Source of the DNA: Pelagomonas calceolata
Taxonomy: Eukaryota
NCBI GenBank assembly: GCA_918797485.1
Contig: CAKKNE010000002.1
Coordinates: 5,332,001 to 5,396,000 of the forward strand
Length of the DNA: 64,000 nt
Reading direction: 5' to 3'
A program made the translations under genes and the position numbers. Each line of letters begins with the position of its first letter. The first letter of the stretch is position 1. Positions 10,302-25,300 of the stretch are shown here, piece by piece. The notes beneath the pieces were generated by a model. The model did no database searches. It saw nothing but the letters and a program-made list of their open reading frames with translations, and was not told where the DNA came from.

Positions 10302-13300
10302 ATGACACGTTTGTGTCGCATAGCACTGCTACTCAGCGCCGCGGCGGCGTCCACGCCGCCGCGCCTCAATTTACGCAGAGGGACCGACGCCGAGGGCCGC
10401 CGCACGGCGACCGTGTCCCTCCGAGACGTCGAGGTCTTCGAGGCGAGTGAAGACGAGGCCCGGTATGAAGGAGAGGGCCCGGCCACCACACTCAGTGTCC
10501 GCGCGTCGAACGACTCGAGCGTCACGGGCGTCTTCGAGGAGCACTCGGAGAAGGGCCTGACCGACTCCCTGGAGCGTGTCAACGACGCCCTGGACGACCT
10601 TGAACTGATTATCCCGACGACGGACGGCGAAGGGTATACGAACGTGACCTTTTCGACGCGAGACCGAGACGGTCGGGAAGCCAGTCAAACATTGGGTCTG
10701 GGCGTGCAGATCGAGGACGTCGTCGTGCTCGAATCGATCACACCGTCGTCGTCGCCCCTTGCTGGAGGCGTGCGCGTGCGCCTCGACGCGCCGGGACTGG
10801 TCGAGTCGGTGCGGGGCGACGTCGAGGTCTTCGGAACGTCGGCCTGGGCCTGCGTCTTCGGGGATGTCTCCACAAGCATTAGTGAGGACGGCTCCTGCGT
10901 GGCGCCGCCCTCCAATACGAGTGTGGCACTCGCGCTCAGGTCGCCCTCGGGTCAGCACACTAACGAAGTGCCGTTTTCGTACCGAGACCTACCGGACGTG
11001 GACGCGCTCGCGCCGGATCACGGTGCTCCGGGTCTTCTCATAACATTGACGGTGCATAGCGTCGCCGACGCTTCTGACAATTGGCGGTGTAGATTCGGTG
11101 CCACGGAAGTGCGCGGCACCGCTGTCATCGGAAATGGTCTCGTCGAGTCCATACGGTGCACTACACCATCACTGAAAGGTCTTGTGGATGTATCCGCGTC
11201 CTTCGACGGTGTGAGCTTCGGTGCTGGTCAGTTGTTTACTTATCAAACACCACCACAAGTGGCGGAGGCGGTGCTCGAGGAAGACCAGCTCCTCGTACGA
11301 GGGTCGGGGTTCGTGAACACGTCCACCTTAACTTGTCGGGTCGACGGTATCGATCAGAGAGCCACTTATGTGAGTGAGAAGGAGGTTGTCTGCGCCAGTC
11401 GCGTCGCGGGCGACTTGACAGTGACGACCGACGGGCGGGCCTTCTCTTCTCCATGGAAAGTGGCGGGGCGCGCCTCTATCACCATCGAGGACGTCTCCAT
11501 ACGACGCGCGTCCTCGGAAGGCGGTGAGGTAATGCGAGTGACGGGACGCGGCTTTTCTAATGGTGTAGAGTGCGCCTTCGGCTCGAACAGAGTCAAAGCC
11601 CGCATTATTAATGAGAAGGAGCTGACGTGTATCGTACCCTCTGTTACAATGGAGGGGGCGCTACGACCGGCGCCGCTGACGGTGCGCAACGGCGACATAG
11701 TGTCATCCTCTGTTGCGTTCTACTACTACGCCTCTGTCGAACGGAAGGGGCGCCTTCCCATCGACACGTTTCCGCTTGGGGAACCGGCATCTGTCAGAAT
11801 CGAACTAGAGTCTCCATTAGGAGCGCTGTGCGCGGGCTCGTACTGTGCGGCTGATGGCATAAAAACACCACTAAGGTGCGACGACGCGCACGGCCACGTC
11901 ATAACGTGTAAAATAGCGCCACCACCAACACCGTCCGTGATGAATCTGGGCCTCGTCCACGCTTCTGATCAGACATCTGAAAAAATGTGGTCGCTGCGGT
12001 GGTATTCACCACCAGAGGTACAGGTCGAGCCTGCAACAGGACCCGCGCGGGGCGGTTCTCGACTCAACCTACCTCCTACAGTAACGCACTGCCGCATCGG
12101 TACAACCGTGGTAAAAGCTCCGTGCGCGACGCCCGCGGCGGCACTAGCCGGCGTTATTGGTGGAGACGCCGCCGTCGACGTCGAAGTGAGCGTTGATAAC
12201 GGAAAGCGCTACTATGGCGCCGGGTCCTTTCGCTACGAGTCGTCGGAGATTTATATACGTGAGGTAAAGCCGTCGTCGGTCTCGACGCGAGGAGGGCGGA
12301 CTTTATCAGTGAGAGGCGCCTTCCCGGCCTCCGATTCGATAGCGTGCCTGTTTGATGATGTTGCGGTGCCCGCGCAACAGTCTCCAGAAGAACTGAAGTG
12401 CACCTCACCTTTACTGGCTGACGTGAAGACGGTCTGCCTCCGAATCGCGGTCAATGGTAGAGATGCGGACACGAGCTGCTCTTCATTGATTGTGCGGCCG
12501 CCGGCCCAAATTCTTTCCATAAAACCATCTACGATTGTTAGTGAAGCTTCGACGACCGTCGAACTGAGTATCGGAAAAACGCCGCGATCTTCAATAGTGG
12601 AATGCCGCGTCGGTGCTCTTACGGTCGCGGCCTCGTACATCAATGATGAGAGTGTGACGTGCCGCCTGCCGTCTCTTACTGAAGGTTCCTACGACGTTAG
12701 TCTATCAGTGGACGGCGAGACGAGTCAACCGTCGGAATTGGTCGTCTTCGACCTAGAATCAATCAAGGTCATTCCAGGAAGAGGGCCGATCATCGGAGGT
12801 TCTCAATTACAAATTGAGACGAATTTGACGGACGTCTTATGCGTTTTTGCGGATGTCGGAAGTTCGAACGCCATTACAACGGAAAAGGGACTGCAGTGCC
12901 CCACACCTAGAAGCGATAAGCCTCAGACGACGGAACTGACCCTTGTGGATCAAAAGGACGGCTCGCAGCGCTCTCTACCTTTATCTTTTGAGTTCTACGC
13001 TTCGCCGGTCGTGGGCGGCGTCGCCCCAGCAGTGGTCGGCGACGACGACACCGTCACGATTAGTGGAAACAACTTCCCGCGGGGGCGCGCGCGCTGTAGA
13101 TTTGGCAGTCAAGTCATCGTCGTCAGTGAGGCGGTCTGGCGCGACGGCTTGCGCTGCCGGGTGCCGCCGAGGCACAAAGACGAAGATAACAAAGCGTCCC
13201 GTGCCGTCGAAGTGGCCTTCGAAGGGTCTGACTTCCTGAAGACACGCACGTCGATCGCCCATGTCCTGCGACCGCCGTCATCAAATGAAGTGACGCAGCT

Positions 13301-16300
13301 CGTCCAAGGCGCGATCAAAGATTTAAAGACAATACATCCGTCGTCGGGTTCGCTGTTTGGCGGCACGCCGGTGGACGTCAAGGGCCAACCGGGCTTCATG
13401 GCCAACGTCTCCGGGGGCTACTGCGTGTTTGATGATGACGTGGGCACTTTCCAAGTGATTGATAATACGACCGTGCGGTGCCGCGCGCCGTCGGGACGGC
13501 AGCCTGGTTCTGTCCAAGTCATGGTGCGCGCCGGGTTGGAATTGCACGGCGGTGTGACGTATGAATACCGCGCCCCGCCGTCGGTTCTGTCGATCGAACC
13601 GTCCGTCGGCTCTGTGGGAGGAGGCACTCCTGTGGTGCTCCGAGTTTCGCAGTTTAGAGTTACCGATGATGCGAGGTGCTACTTCGGCGATGCGTGGACG
13701 AACGCGACTGTGGTGGATGATAGTACTTTATCCTGTACCGTACCATCTTCACCAGTGAGAAAAGTACACGTTTCAGTATCATACAACGGCGGCCGGGATA
13801 AATCTGACAACGGGCCCCTCTTCTCGTATCGCGAAAGTCTGAGTATAGACAAGGTGGAGCCTTTATTACTGTCCGAGGTCGGCGGTACTACTATGAAGTT
13901 GTTCGGGCGCGGATTTCAACAGGGCGATACCGCTAGTTGTGATGTTGACGGTGTTACAGTACCTGCAATTATCCAGAGCGACCGCATGGTGACGTGTATG
14001 TCACCCGCTCATGCGCCCGGGACCCGAAACGTCTCGCTCGTGACGCCCTACGGCCGTTCTAACACAGTGCATGTGACCTACCACGCTGCCATCGAGGTGG
14101 AAGACGTGTCACCAAGACAGTGCCCCGCGACGGGCGGCTGTTCGCTGACGATGCGGGGCTCATTTCCTTCATCGGATACGTGGCTCTGCCGCTTCGGCGG
14201 CCAGACCGTGCCTGCGGCAGTCACATCTACTTCCTTACAGTGTACGGCGCCGCCGGCCGCCGTATCTACGATGAGCGTCGAGGTCTCGGCGAACGGCGTC
14301 GACTTCGTCGAGGTGTCGGACTTTGAGTTCGTGGCGCCACTCACGGCTTCCGTCATAAAACCGCGCGCGGGGCCGCCCGGGACGCGGATCCTACTGACGG
14401 GCTTTCACAGTACTCAAATACTACTACACTCGGAGCTCAAGTGCCGCTTCGATACGCAAGAGACGCACGCTATTGTTGAACAGAATGGGATCGGCTGCGA
14501 CGCGCCCGACTTGACGGGTGACGTTACTGTAAGCGTGGTCGCGAATGGTACCCTACATGAGGGCACGCAGGTCTTCCGGTTTCGGAACCCTTTATTGTTG
14601 AAGAGTGTAGTACCTCGTACGTCGTCGATCGACGGCGGCGGCGCGGTCACCGTTACTGGCGAGGGGTTCCACCTTCATGGGTCTTACGAGTGTCGGTTCG
14701 GCGATACGTCCGTGAAAGCGCGGCGGTTAAATGCGACGCAGTTGTCATGTGACGTACCGTCCTATCACATAGTAGAGACGGTCTACCTGTCGGTCGTCGA
14801 CGCGGAGGCGCGAGATCATTCTTCGGAGAGCATCGCGTTTTTGTACACGGAGCGGCCTCACATCTCACTGGTCATTCCGGACAAGGCGCCCGTATCCGGC
14901 GGCGTTGAGATATTAGTGCACGGCCGCGGCCTTTCGGCTGGCTTGACTTGTGTCTTTGGCGAAGCGACGTCGCCGTCACGCTACATAAGTGAAGAATTGC
15001 TATCTTGTGTGGCGCCCGCGTCGTCGCGGAGCGGTCCTATTCGATTAACACTGAGAGCCAAGGACGCGACCAAAGCTACTACATCGTTTACATACGTCGA
15101 CGACGTCGAAATAACCACAACGACACCGAAGGCCGGCGCACTACAAGGAGGCACGCTACTCACAATCCGAGGTGCTGGATTCGAGAACACGACGCAACTG
15201 GGTTGCCGCTTCGGGAGTCTCCTGGCGTCCGCGGCATTCGTCTCCGACGACGAAATTCTTTGTAAGACGCCGCCGTCGTCCACGCGAAAACGCATACCCG
15301 TCGAAATTACCAATGATGGAACGCACTTCGCGTCGTCACTAGACGCGCGCTTCGACTACGTCGACGCTCCTAGTGTAGATGCGTTCTCGCCGATGACGGG
15401 TCCGGAGCGCGGTTTGACAGTTAAGCTGCGCGGTCGAAGGTTTTCACGAACGACGGTCTGTGCCGTCGATCAACAGATTGTACCTACTTCAGTATTATCT
15501 TCGACGTTGCTCGAGTGCGCTATCCCACCCCTGACGCCGGGGGCGTATTACTTGGCAGCTTCGAGCGACGGCGCCCAGTTCGAACAAGCTTCACAGTTGT
15601 TCAGAGTGTACAGTCTCGAACGCGTGACGCGTGTGCACCCGAGACGCGCTAGAGGCGGCTCCACGGTAGTCGTGCGGGGCGCCAATTTCGTCAACACATC
15701 ACTGACGAGGTGCCGCTTCGGCGATTTAGTGGAAGAGTCTTCCTACGTCAACGCGACCGCCGTCGCGTGTACCGTACCCCATGGTGGAGAGGGCAACACG
15801 ACCGTAGGCGTGGCGTCGAACGGCGTGGACTTCGTCGGCGATCTATCGTTTTCCTATGCCCCCTCAATAGTGATAGAGCAGGTGCATCCGCGGCGCGGGT
15901 CGACCGGTATTGACGTTGTGATACATGTAAAAGGTTCTATCAATAATCACGCGACGTGCACCTTCGGACAAGTGGTCGTCGCCGCTTTACCACAAGAAGA
16001 TACGTTAGTATGTCAAGCGCCGGCGTTACCCTTAGGGTCTCACTCATTAAGAGTAGCACCGGACGGCGGCATCTCCATAAAGGCGGGCCACTTCACGGCC
16101 ACGGAACCGATTCTTATCTCAAAACTGAAGCCTGGATTCGTCTACGAGAATGGTGGAGGTGTCATTAGCGTCGAAGGCCAAGGGTTCACGCGAGGTTTGT
16201 ACTGTCGCGTGGGTGAAATGGAGTCCATGAAGACGCAACATGTGTCTGCCACCGAATTGTTATGTCCGACGCCTGCAGCAAAGCCCGGCACTTTACATTT

Positions 16301-19300
16301 ATCACTCTCCAGCGACGACCTTCACTTTATTCGGTCCGACGTTACGTTAAGGGTCGTGCCCTCCGTATCTGTAGTGAGTGCGTCGCCGCTCACCGGTAGT
16401 GTGGGCGGCGGCGACAACGTCAAGGTGACCGTCGCGGGGCTGGTCCCCGACGCGCCGGCGCCGGTGTCGTGCTTCTTCGGGGCGCTCGTTGTTCGCGCTC
16501 GTAGAACGAAGGACGAGCGCGAAGTGGTGTGCGACATCCCGCCCCACGATGTCGGAGAGGTGGCGTTACGCGTGGGCTACGGTGGGTTTGGAGGTGAAGG
16601 TTCTAGCACGACCTTCACGTATGTGCAAGCCGTGGAGGTAAGACGCATCTACCCCGCGCGCGCGCCCATCGGCGGCTCTACCTATATTGAGGTCGTGCAC
16701 TCGTCGCACTTGCAAGAGGACGTGTCGTGTCGCTTCCGCGGGCCGGGCGACTTTATCGATACGGAAGCTACGTCCATTAACTCGTCGGCCGTGCGCTGCG
16801 CGTCCCCACAAGGTATGAGAGGGCCCTCATACCTCACACTGAGGGCCAGAACCTGGGAGACGAACGCCCTTGGTTTTTATTTCTACGAAAGACCTATCGT
16901 TAACAGTGTCACGCCAGGAAGGACGCCGTCCATCGGAAACGGTCTACTCTCGCTCGCCGGTTCTCATTTCGCCTCGGGGTTGAATCCGCGCTGCAGAATT
17001 GGTGATATGTCTGTCGACGCTCTACGCGTGGCTTCAACAATAGTGACGTGTGAAGCCCCTCCGGGCAAAGCTGGCGCTTCCGTAAGTGTCGGCCTGGACG
17101 TCGACGGCGTGGTCTTCGGTACGGAGCGAGTCATTTATTATGACGCACCGGAACTAGTGTCACTGACGCCTCGAATTGGAAGTCGTCTGGGCGGCACTAC
17201 CCTACGTATTGAAGGCAGGGGCTTCCTCAATGGCCGCGACGGATCACTCATAAGGTGCTGCTTCGGTGACCAATGCCACAAGCCACGTCGCGCCTTGGAC
17301 GACGCCGTGGCGTGTGTCACACCGGCGCTCGAGGACCACGTCGAGGTCGCCCTGTCGCTCAACGGCGGCACTGATAAGTCAGCATCGTTGCCGTTCCGCG
17401 TTTATGACGACGAGCCCGTCCTACTCGGTTTATCTCCCGTGCTAGGAAGTTTGCGAGGTGGCACGGTCGTCCACATAGCTGGAGCGCATCTAAACCACGA
17501 TACGGCAGCCTGCCGCTTCGCCGGTTTGGTGGTCGAGGCGTCTCTGGTGACAGCGTCGCAAATAACGTGCGTGAGCCCGCCGGTTCCGGAGGGCGATATA
17601 ACAGTAGAGGTGGCCGTGAACAAAGTGGACTTCCTACGAGTACCTACTAAGTTCCACGCCGCGGCCCTGCCCACGGTATTGAGTATTTCGCCGTCGATCG
17701 TCGTGGCCGGCGCCGCGCGCCGGATCATCGTGACTGGACGGGGCTTTATGAATAGTCCAGAATTAAGCTGTAGATTCGGAGATGTGAGTGTGCAAGCGGA
17801 GTTCGTCGACGAAAGGTCCATAGCCTGCGTCGCGCCGGCGGGCCCGCCGCGGACCAAAGTCTGCGTCGACGTCGCGCTCAACGGCGAGGACTACCCTGGT
17901 GAATGTAGAGCATCTCTGTCGTACGCGTCTCCGCCGAAAGCCCTCGACGTGAACGCCTCACTAGAAGGATTGACTGTAGCCTACGACACGGACGAAGACG
18001 TGTGGGCGGCCACGCCGGACCTCACCTGTCAATTCGGCAACGTCAGTCGACCGGCTTCGGTCGTCGACGGCGTCGTTCGATGCCCGACGCCTAGGTTGCC
18101 GGCCGCCCTGGCTTCGATGAATATGACATCGGTCAACCTCGGCGTCGGTTCCAGTGATACTGATTTATCGTATAGCTTCGCGGCGCCCGTGACCGTAGCT
18201 TCCCTAGCTCCGTTGCGGGGGCCCGCTTCCGGTAACACGCTGATCAGTGTCGAGGGCACGGGCTTCGGACATAACGGGACGACGCGCTGTCGTTTTAGAT
18301 TTGCCGACCGTATCGAGGAGAGCCCCGCGACCGTTTTTACGGAGGAGCTCCTTTCCTGTGAAACACCGCCCGCGAACGCGTCGGAAACGTATACCGTCGT
18401 AACGATACGGAGAATCGATGTGGACGGACAGAGTGACGGCGTCGTGTACTCCTACCGCCAACCGCTTTTACTGGAAGCTATGGACCCCTTGTCTGGCAGT
18501 GATACGGGCGGCACGGAAGTGACCCTAACAGGTATTGGATGGTCGAGGAGAGACGTCTTGAAGTGTAGGGTCGGCCAATTCGTGGTCGACGCCTGGCACG
18601 TGAGTGATGGGAGCGTCGTGTGCTCCATGCCTCCGGGACCTATTGGTATGGCGGTGAAGGTAGCCTTGGTCACCGACCAAGCCGAGTCCGATTCTATGAA
18701 TTACACCTACGTCACGGCGCCCTCCATCACCTCTGTAAAGCCGGCGCGAGGCCCGACGCCGGGCCGCACGCGCGTTTCAGTGACGGGACGGTTCTTCTCT
18801 TCTGACCTACTGTGTCGGTTTGGGGACGCCCCGCCAGTCCCTTCATCATTTTCCAATGCTAGTCATGCGTCCTGCGTCGCGCCGCCGTCCCTCGCCGCCG
18901 GCGCGTTAAATGGAATCGGTTCCGTCGCATTAGCCGTGTCAGCTAACGGCGGCGCCGACTGGTCGCCGGAAGGCCCGACCTTCGCATATGTCACGATGCC
19001 CTCGGTGAATAAAGTGACGCCGCTGCGGTTGGCTGCGACGCATGAGCCGCAAGAACTTTACATGGATGTCGACGACGCGTCACTATTGACTTCTTGCAGG
19101 ATCGGCAGCGTCGTCGGTTTTGTATCAAAAACATCTCCGTCGAAGGCGACGTGTGCTATCAGTTGTAGAGCGTCGTTGCATCCGCAGCCCCTCGAGATTT
19201 CGGTGGACGGTCAATTGTTCTCGAGAACGGACCACGCGATCAAGTGCGTCGCGGCTCCATTAAATGTGAGGGCGGAGCCTAGGATAGCGCCATTAAGAGG

Positions 19301-22300
19301 CTCAAAGGTCATCATTCACGGTGTGGGATTAGCGTCGGCGCCGGACCCGGCCTGCAAATTCGGGCGGGAAATTGTCAAGGGGAAACGCGTCGACCTCGTC
19401 GGCGTCGAAGCGGTCGCGTGCGACGCACCTTCTCGTAGAAGACCGGAGCATACGACCGTATCAGTTGCCGCGGACGCGTCGGCGTTGGCCTTCTCGCCCG
19501 CAGTACCGTTCACTTACTTTACTGATGAAGTCCTGGTGAGCGTGAAACCGACGCTGGCCGCCGCGCTGCCGGAACCACTATCCTACAACATCGAGCTATC
19601 ACAACCTTTGCCCGAACACAGCGACCTCGCCTGTTTATTCACGGTGGACGGCGATGCCATCGTCGTGAAGGCGCGCGGCTTACGATGCGAGCTCCCCGCG
19701 TCGCTGCGAAGGGAAGGCGCCGTGTCCGTCAGAATAGCGGCGAACGGCGTCGCGTTTGGCGAGCATGAGGTCATTGTACGAATTGTGCCGCAGCCCGAGG
19801 TCTTCTCGTTGCAGCCGAGCGTCGGTCCCGCTACTGGCGGAAATCGAGTCCGGATTTTGGGGCGAGGCCTCGTGGGCAACACCACGCTCTGCAAATTCGG
19901 CGATACGACCGTGCGGGCCTCGCTGTTGAGCATGGAGGAGCTCCTGTGCTCTCAGCCGCCCTTGGACCAAGGCGCATATACACTCGAGGTTGTGATTGAT
20001 GGCATCCCCAGTAACAACGGGGCCCGGTTCCACGCCGTCGCCTACACGTCGCTGACGCTAGTCTCGAAACCACAAATCTCCGTACGAGGCGGCGCGCGCC
20101 TCCGCCTCAAAACGCAAGAAATTCTACCGCCAGCCCGGCCGGACGCCTACGCGTGCCGGGTGGGAACCCGCACCGTAGCCGCGTCCGTCGATCCGGCCTC
20201 TACTGGAATTTCTTGCGTCGCGCCCGCCGGCATCCTCGGATCCGCTTCATTAAGCTTGCTGCTCGAGGGCGTGGAAATGGGACAGGGTCCTGACATACCG
20301 TACGTCGATGCACCTGTCACTTACGGCCTCCTGCCGACGAGCGGTCCATCGAAGCGCCGCGTCGTTGTGAGTGGCCAGCGCCTTGGCGGTTCGGTGCGGT
20401 GCCGCTTCGGTGCCATCATCGCAGATGCCCTTTCATCTTCCGAGGAGAGAGTGGTGTGCGAGGCTCCGGAAAATACGGGTCAAGTCCAAGTATCGCTGTC
20501 TATTGATTCAGAGCCCTGGTTCGACGTCGGCTCCTATACGTATGAAGCTCTTGGTAGAGGCGCTTCCGGTTGCCACGTTGTCTCCATGAGTCCAGCGAGC
20601 GGACCTCGGAGAGGCGGCACGCGCGTTTCACTAAGAATGGACGGTCCTCTACCGTCGAGATGTAGGTTTGGGAGCAAAGTCGTGTACGCCACAGAACTCT
20701 CATCCACCGAGATTGGCTGCGACGCGCCCGAAGGGCTCGCGGACGGCCGCGTTTCTTTAAGTGTTGCGTTCGGCCAGTCTTCGAACTACTGCGACGCCGG
20801 TCTGAGGTATGAATACGCTCCGGCACCCGTCGTGACGGAAGTAACACCCTCCCAAGGCGTCGCAAGAGGCGACATTTTACGAGTGACTGGTCAAAATTTC
20901 AAAGAAAACTGCATGTGTCGCATCGGCGCCGCACAACCGTCGCCGGCCCTACGCCTATCAGCAACCTTAATCGAGTGCGCCGTGCCATCTTCCTTGCAGC
21001 GGGGCACGCACGCGATCACGGCGTCGAACAACGGCTTTGATTTTGGCGATTCTGTATCAATACAGACGCGCGGCGACCCCATTCAGCTGAAATTGCATCC
21101 GAGGCTGGGCCCCGCGGCGGGCGGCACTTCACTTCTGGTAAATTCCGTGGATTTGCTCGGCGACCACAATTTGACATGTGTGGTCGGCGGCCGATCCACA
21201 CCTATCATTCATGGAAAGTGCGCGAGTCCTCCCTCAACGCCAGGTCAAGCGGCAGCTTCGATACATTACGTCACGGGCCGTATGGCTGCAGACGCGTCGT
21301 CCTACTACTATCACACCCCCCTCCGAGCAGCTTCCATAGAACCTGCGAAGGGTTCTATGGAAGGCGGCACGCGCGTTTTACTGAAGTTACTCTCGGACGC
21401 TCCGTCGGTCATCGAGGAACGAGGTGGCGCCTACGCTTGTAGCTTTGGTGATTCAATACAAAAGGCCGAGGTCGTCGACTCTTCTACGATCGCATGCGTC
21501 GCACCCCCGGGCGCCGGCGTCATCCCTATATATCTGACGGCGAACGGCGTGGACCTCCAGAGAGTCGGCACGTTCGCCTACTACCATGAGCTGGAGGTTA
21601 ATGAAGCGGCTCCGTCGACACTACCGCCCGAGGGCGGCGTGCGCGTTTTAGTAGAAGGACGATATTTGGACCAAGTGACGCACTGTAGATTTGGAGGCAT
21701 TGTTGTCGAACGGACGCACGCTTCAGTGAATGAAGTCGTATGTGTTTCACCATCACACGCGTCCGGCCTGGCCCGCGTCGGCCTCTCGGCGAACGGAGTG
21801 GACTTCGTGGACGGTCCTAGAGTGTACTATGAAGCAACAAGGCCGCGCGTCGACGCCGTACGACCGGCTTTTGTGGCGCCGGGCGCGCCCACGTCCACGA
21901 TCTACGTCGTCGGAGGGCCCTTTGCAGCTGTGGAAGGCTGGCGCGCGGAACTACTCATTCAAGGAATGGAGTACGACTTCGACTGTGCGTTCGCCAACAC
22001 CACACATATCGCGTGCGCCGCGGCCATCGAGGCGGACGCGCCGTTGGGGCGGGGCGACCTCCACCTGCTCCTACGCGACGCGCCCGCCTCGTCAGGCGAG
22101 GCGGGGTTCTGGGTCTTGCCCGATATCAGTGTATCCAGTGTAGTTCCTACAGCAACTATCAAAGGCGCGGCCGTTCGACTGACAGCGACGACGTCCTGGT
22201 CTGCGGGTCTCGTCTGCGACTGGGACGGCGTTTTAATGGACGCGGCGCCCACGCCAACGGGTGCGTCGTGTCCTGTCGCTGATTTGGCGCCGGGCCGTTA

Positions 22301-25300
22301 CTCATTAAGACTGTGTCGGTCCGATTGCGACCTGTACGGGGCCTCGGCACCGGTGTCGTTCCATATTTTGGAGGAGCCTGCGTTGACGCGAGTGAACCCG
22401 TCTCATATAACGCAGCGGGGCGGCGAGTCCGTTGAAATCGACGGGGGCCCGTTCCCTTTGACAGGATTGAGGTGCCTCGTCACCGGTGCTGCTGAAGTCA
22501 ATGCTACCTACCTGTCTTCTACAAGGATCACGTGTGAAACGCCGTCAACACCGACGACGGGGCCCGCTCTACTAAAAGTGTCCATTGACGGCGGCTTCCA
22601 CTACGTCGGTTCGTTACAAGTGACCTACCACGCGACGCCCACACTGTTCGGTTTGGAGGAGCTAGGAGCGTCCGTGATCGGTGGAAGACCTTTGCGCGTC
22701 AAGGGGCGTGGGTTCTCATATCTACAAGAACAGGGCGCCCCGCTGCCAACCTGCGACTTCGGCTTCGGTGCCGTCCCGGCAGTCGTCGAGGACGACTCTA
22801 CCCTTCTGTGTCAAGCGCCGCCCGTGACCCATGCGCACACGCACGGCGTCGACGTACGTTTAGGAAGGAAGCGCTACTTGTTGCCATCCTCCAGAAATAT
22901 AACTGTGAAGAGGTTCGACGCCATTCAAGTAACAAAAGTCGACCCGCCGCGGGGCTCGGCTGCTGGTAGCTACTCTTTAAGACTAACAGGTACGGGCTTC
23001 GATGCGGACGCCGCCGAGGCGGCGGCGCACTTCCGGGATGTTGTCGATGGGACGTGCGCGCACGCGCCGCTGCGCGTCGTTTCCCGTACCGAGGCGTGGG
23101 TCGATAAAGTACCGGCGTGGCACCGGGCCGGGAGGTCCGAAATCACGGCCTCGAACTGCCACGACGATGCGGACTTTTCAAGGGAAGGCGCGATCTTCGT
23201 GTACGAGCGGGCTTTAGCTTTGTTGGCCGTGCGTCCGGCCGTCGTCGATAGTCACGGAGGCACGTCCGTCTTAATCCGTGGCGTCGGGTTCTATCCGTCT
23301 TTACCTTCTGTTTTGAAGTGTCGCTTCGGCCCGTCTCAGTATGGTGATGCTACTTTTGTGAACAGTACTACTGTACGATGTGTCTCTCCACCAAACTTGC
23401 GGGCCGGGCTGGAGTACCCCGTTGCGGTGACTGTGGACGGCAAGACCTACGTCACGGCTCCTTCTGTCAAAGTGCGCGCGACGGCGGCGCCCCGCATTCT
23501 TCGTATAGAGCCTTCATCGGCTTTTGCCGGCGCGTCCGTCGTGGTCGAGGCGGCCTTCGACGGGAACGGAACGTTTTACGACGAGACGGCCTACTGCCGC
23601 TTCGGCGCTGCTAGCGTCGAAGCGTTTGTAGAGGACGACACGCACGTGTCGTGTCGCGTGCCTTCTGCTGAAGACGCTCGCTCTGACATGCCAAGTGTCT
23701 CTATTGGAATTGTCGGCGAGGCGCCGGGCTCCATACCCTCGACGGGGAGAGATGCACCGCATACAGTCGCCTTCCGGTACGACGCGAAACCGTCCGTCGC
23801 CAGGGTGGCGCCTTCCTCAGTGCCGTCGGGCGGCGGCGTTTTATTAACTGTCATTGGCGACCATTTCGTCGATGTACCTTCACTAACGTGCGGCTTCTCC
23901 GACGGGTCCCAAACGCCGGCGCGGTTCGTGACTCGCACGAGACTCGCGTGCGAGAGCCCTCCGACGAACGCGTCTTCACTAAGATTGAGCGTGGCGACGA
24001 ACGGTGCGGACTTTGGACGTGACGGCGCTTCCATCAACGTCTGGCCCGAGCCCTCGTTGCTGAGTATCGAGCCGGACGCGGGCGCCGACGACGGCGGCGA
24101 CGTCGTTATTTTGAGAGGTTATGGTGTGGGCCACTTGTTGCGGAGCGTCGGGTCGGTCGACTGCGTGTTTGGAGGAGTGAGAGTCGAAGCGACGTGGCTG
24201 CGCAACGACCACGACGACGACGCCGTGGCTTGTAATACACCGAGCGCTCATGACGTGACGCGTTCACCACAGATGAGTCGAGCAGTCGTGCCCGTTAGAC
24301 TGGCACCTTCTCATTCATCAGCCTCGACGGAGGCCGTCCTCTCGTACACCTACGTGGCGCGGCCGACGATACGCTCCTTATCACCTAAGACGGGCCCCGC
24401 GCGGGGCGGGACCCTTGTGACACTGAAAGGAGCGAACCTTAATCGAACGGCGCACTGCGACTGCCGCTTCGGTGTGACTGTTGTCGAGTGTGCGTCGCGG
24501 ACGGATCGCGGCGTCGAGTGCGTCGCTCCTCCCACAATACTGGAGGAGGACGTCTCTCCCGTCGTTGCCGTCGCACTGTCGCTCGACGACAAGCGGAGGT
24601 GGCTTGGTACGCTAGAGTTCGCGTACGACCCGTCACTACTGTTGAATGCCCTAACACCGACGCGGGGCCCGTCGTCAGGCGGCACGACGGTCACCGTCAC
24701 TGGTGTTAATTTCCGGGCCCGTCGCGTGTTAAGCTGTAAATTCGACGAGCGAGTCGTACAAGCTTCATTTGTCTCTACAGAATCCATAAGTTGTCGAGCG
24801 CCGCCCGGCCACAACACAGCAACGGTATCTATCAGTCAGAACGGCCTTGACTATGACGGCGCGCTGCAGTTCGGCTACTACTCCACACCTCTACCAGAAT
24901 CACTAACGCCGGAAAGAGGAGTGGAAGCGGCCGGTGCCATGATAAGTGTCAAAGGTGCAAATTTTCCGACGGACGAATCTGTCCAATGCAAGTTCGGCGA
25001 CGACGTCGTGGCAGGCTCGGTCCTCACGGATAGTGAAGTAAGGTGCCCGGCGCCGTACCAGGAAGTTTCTAGGGATGTCCAGGAGGTCACGTTCCACGCC
25101 ATCGAAGCCATTCGAGAGCAGCAGACCGTCGACGTCGTCGGTCGAAGGGCGCGACGGGAGGTGCAAGAACTTAGAGTGACTGCTGCTGGGGGAGCTAGGC
25201 GAGAAGACTTTGTTGATTTGGACGTAGATCTATCCAGAGCCACGGCCGAAGTCCAGACCATGACGACGGCGCTAACGGGTCATAGGAAAGAAAAGCAGCG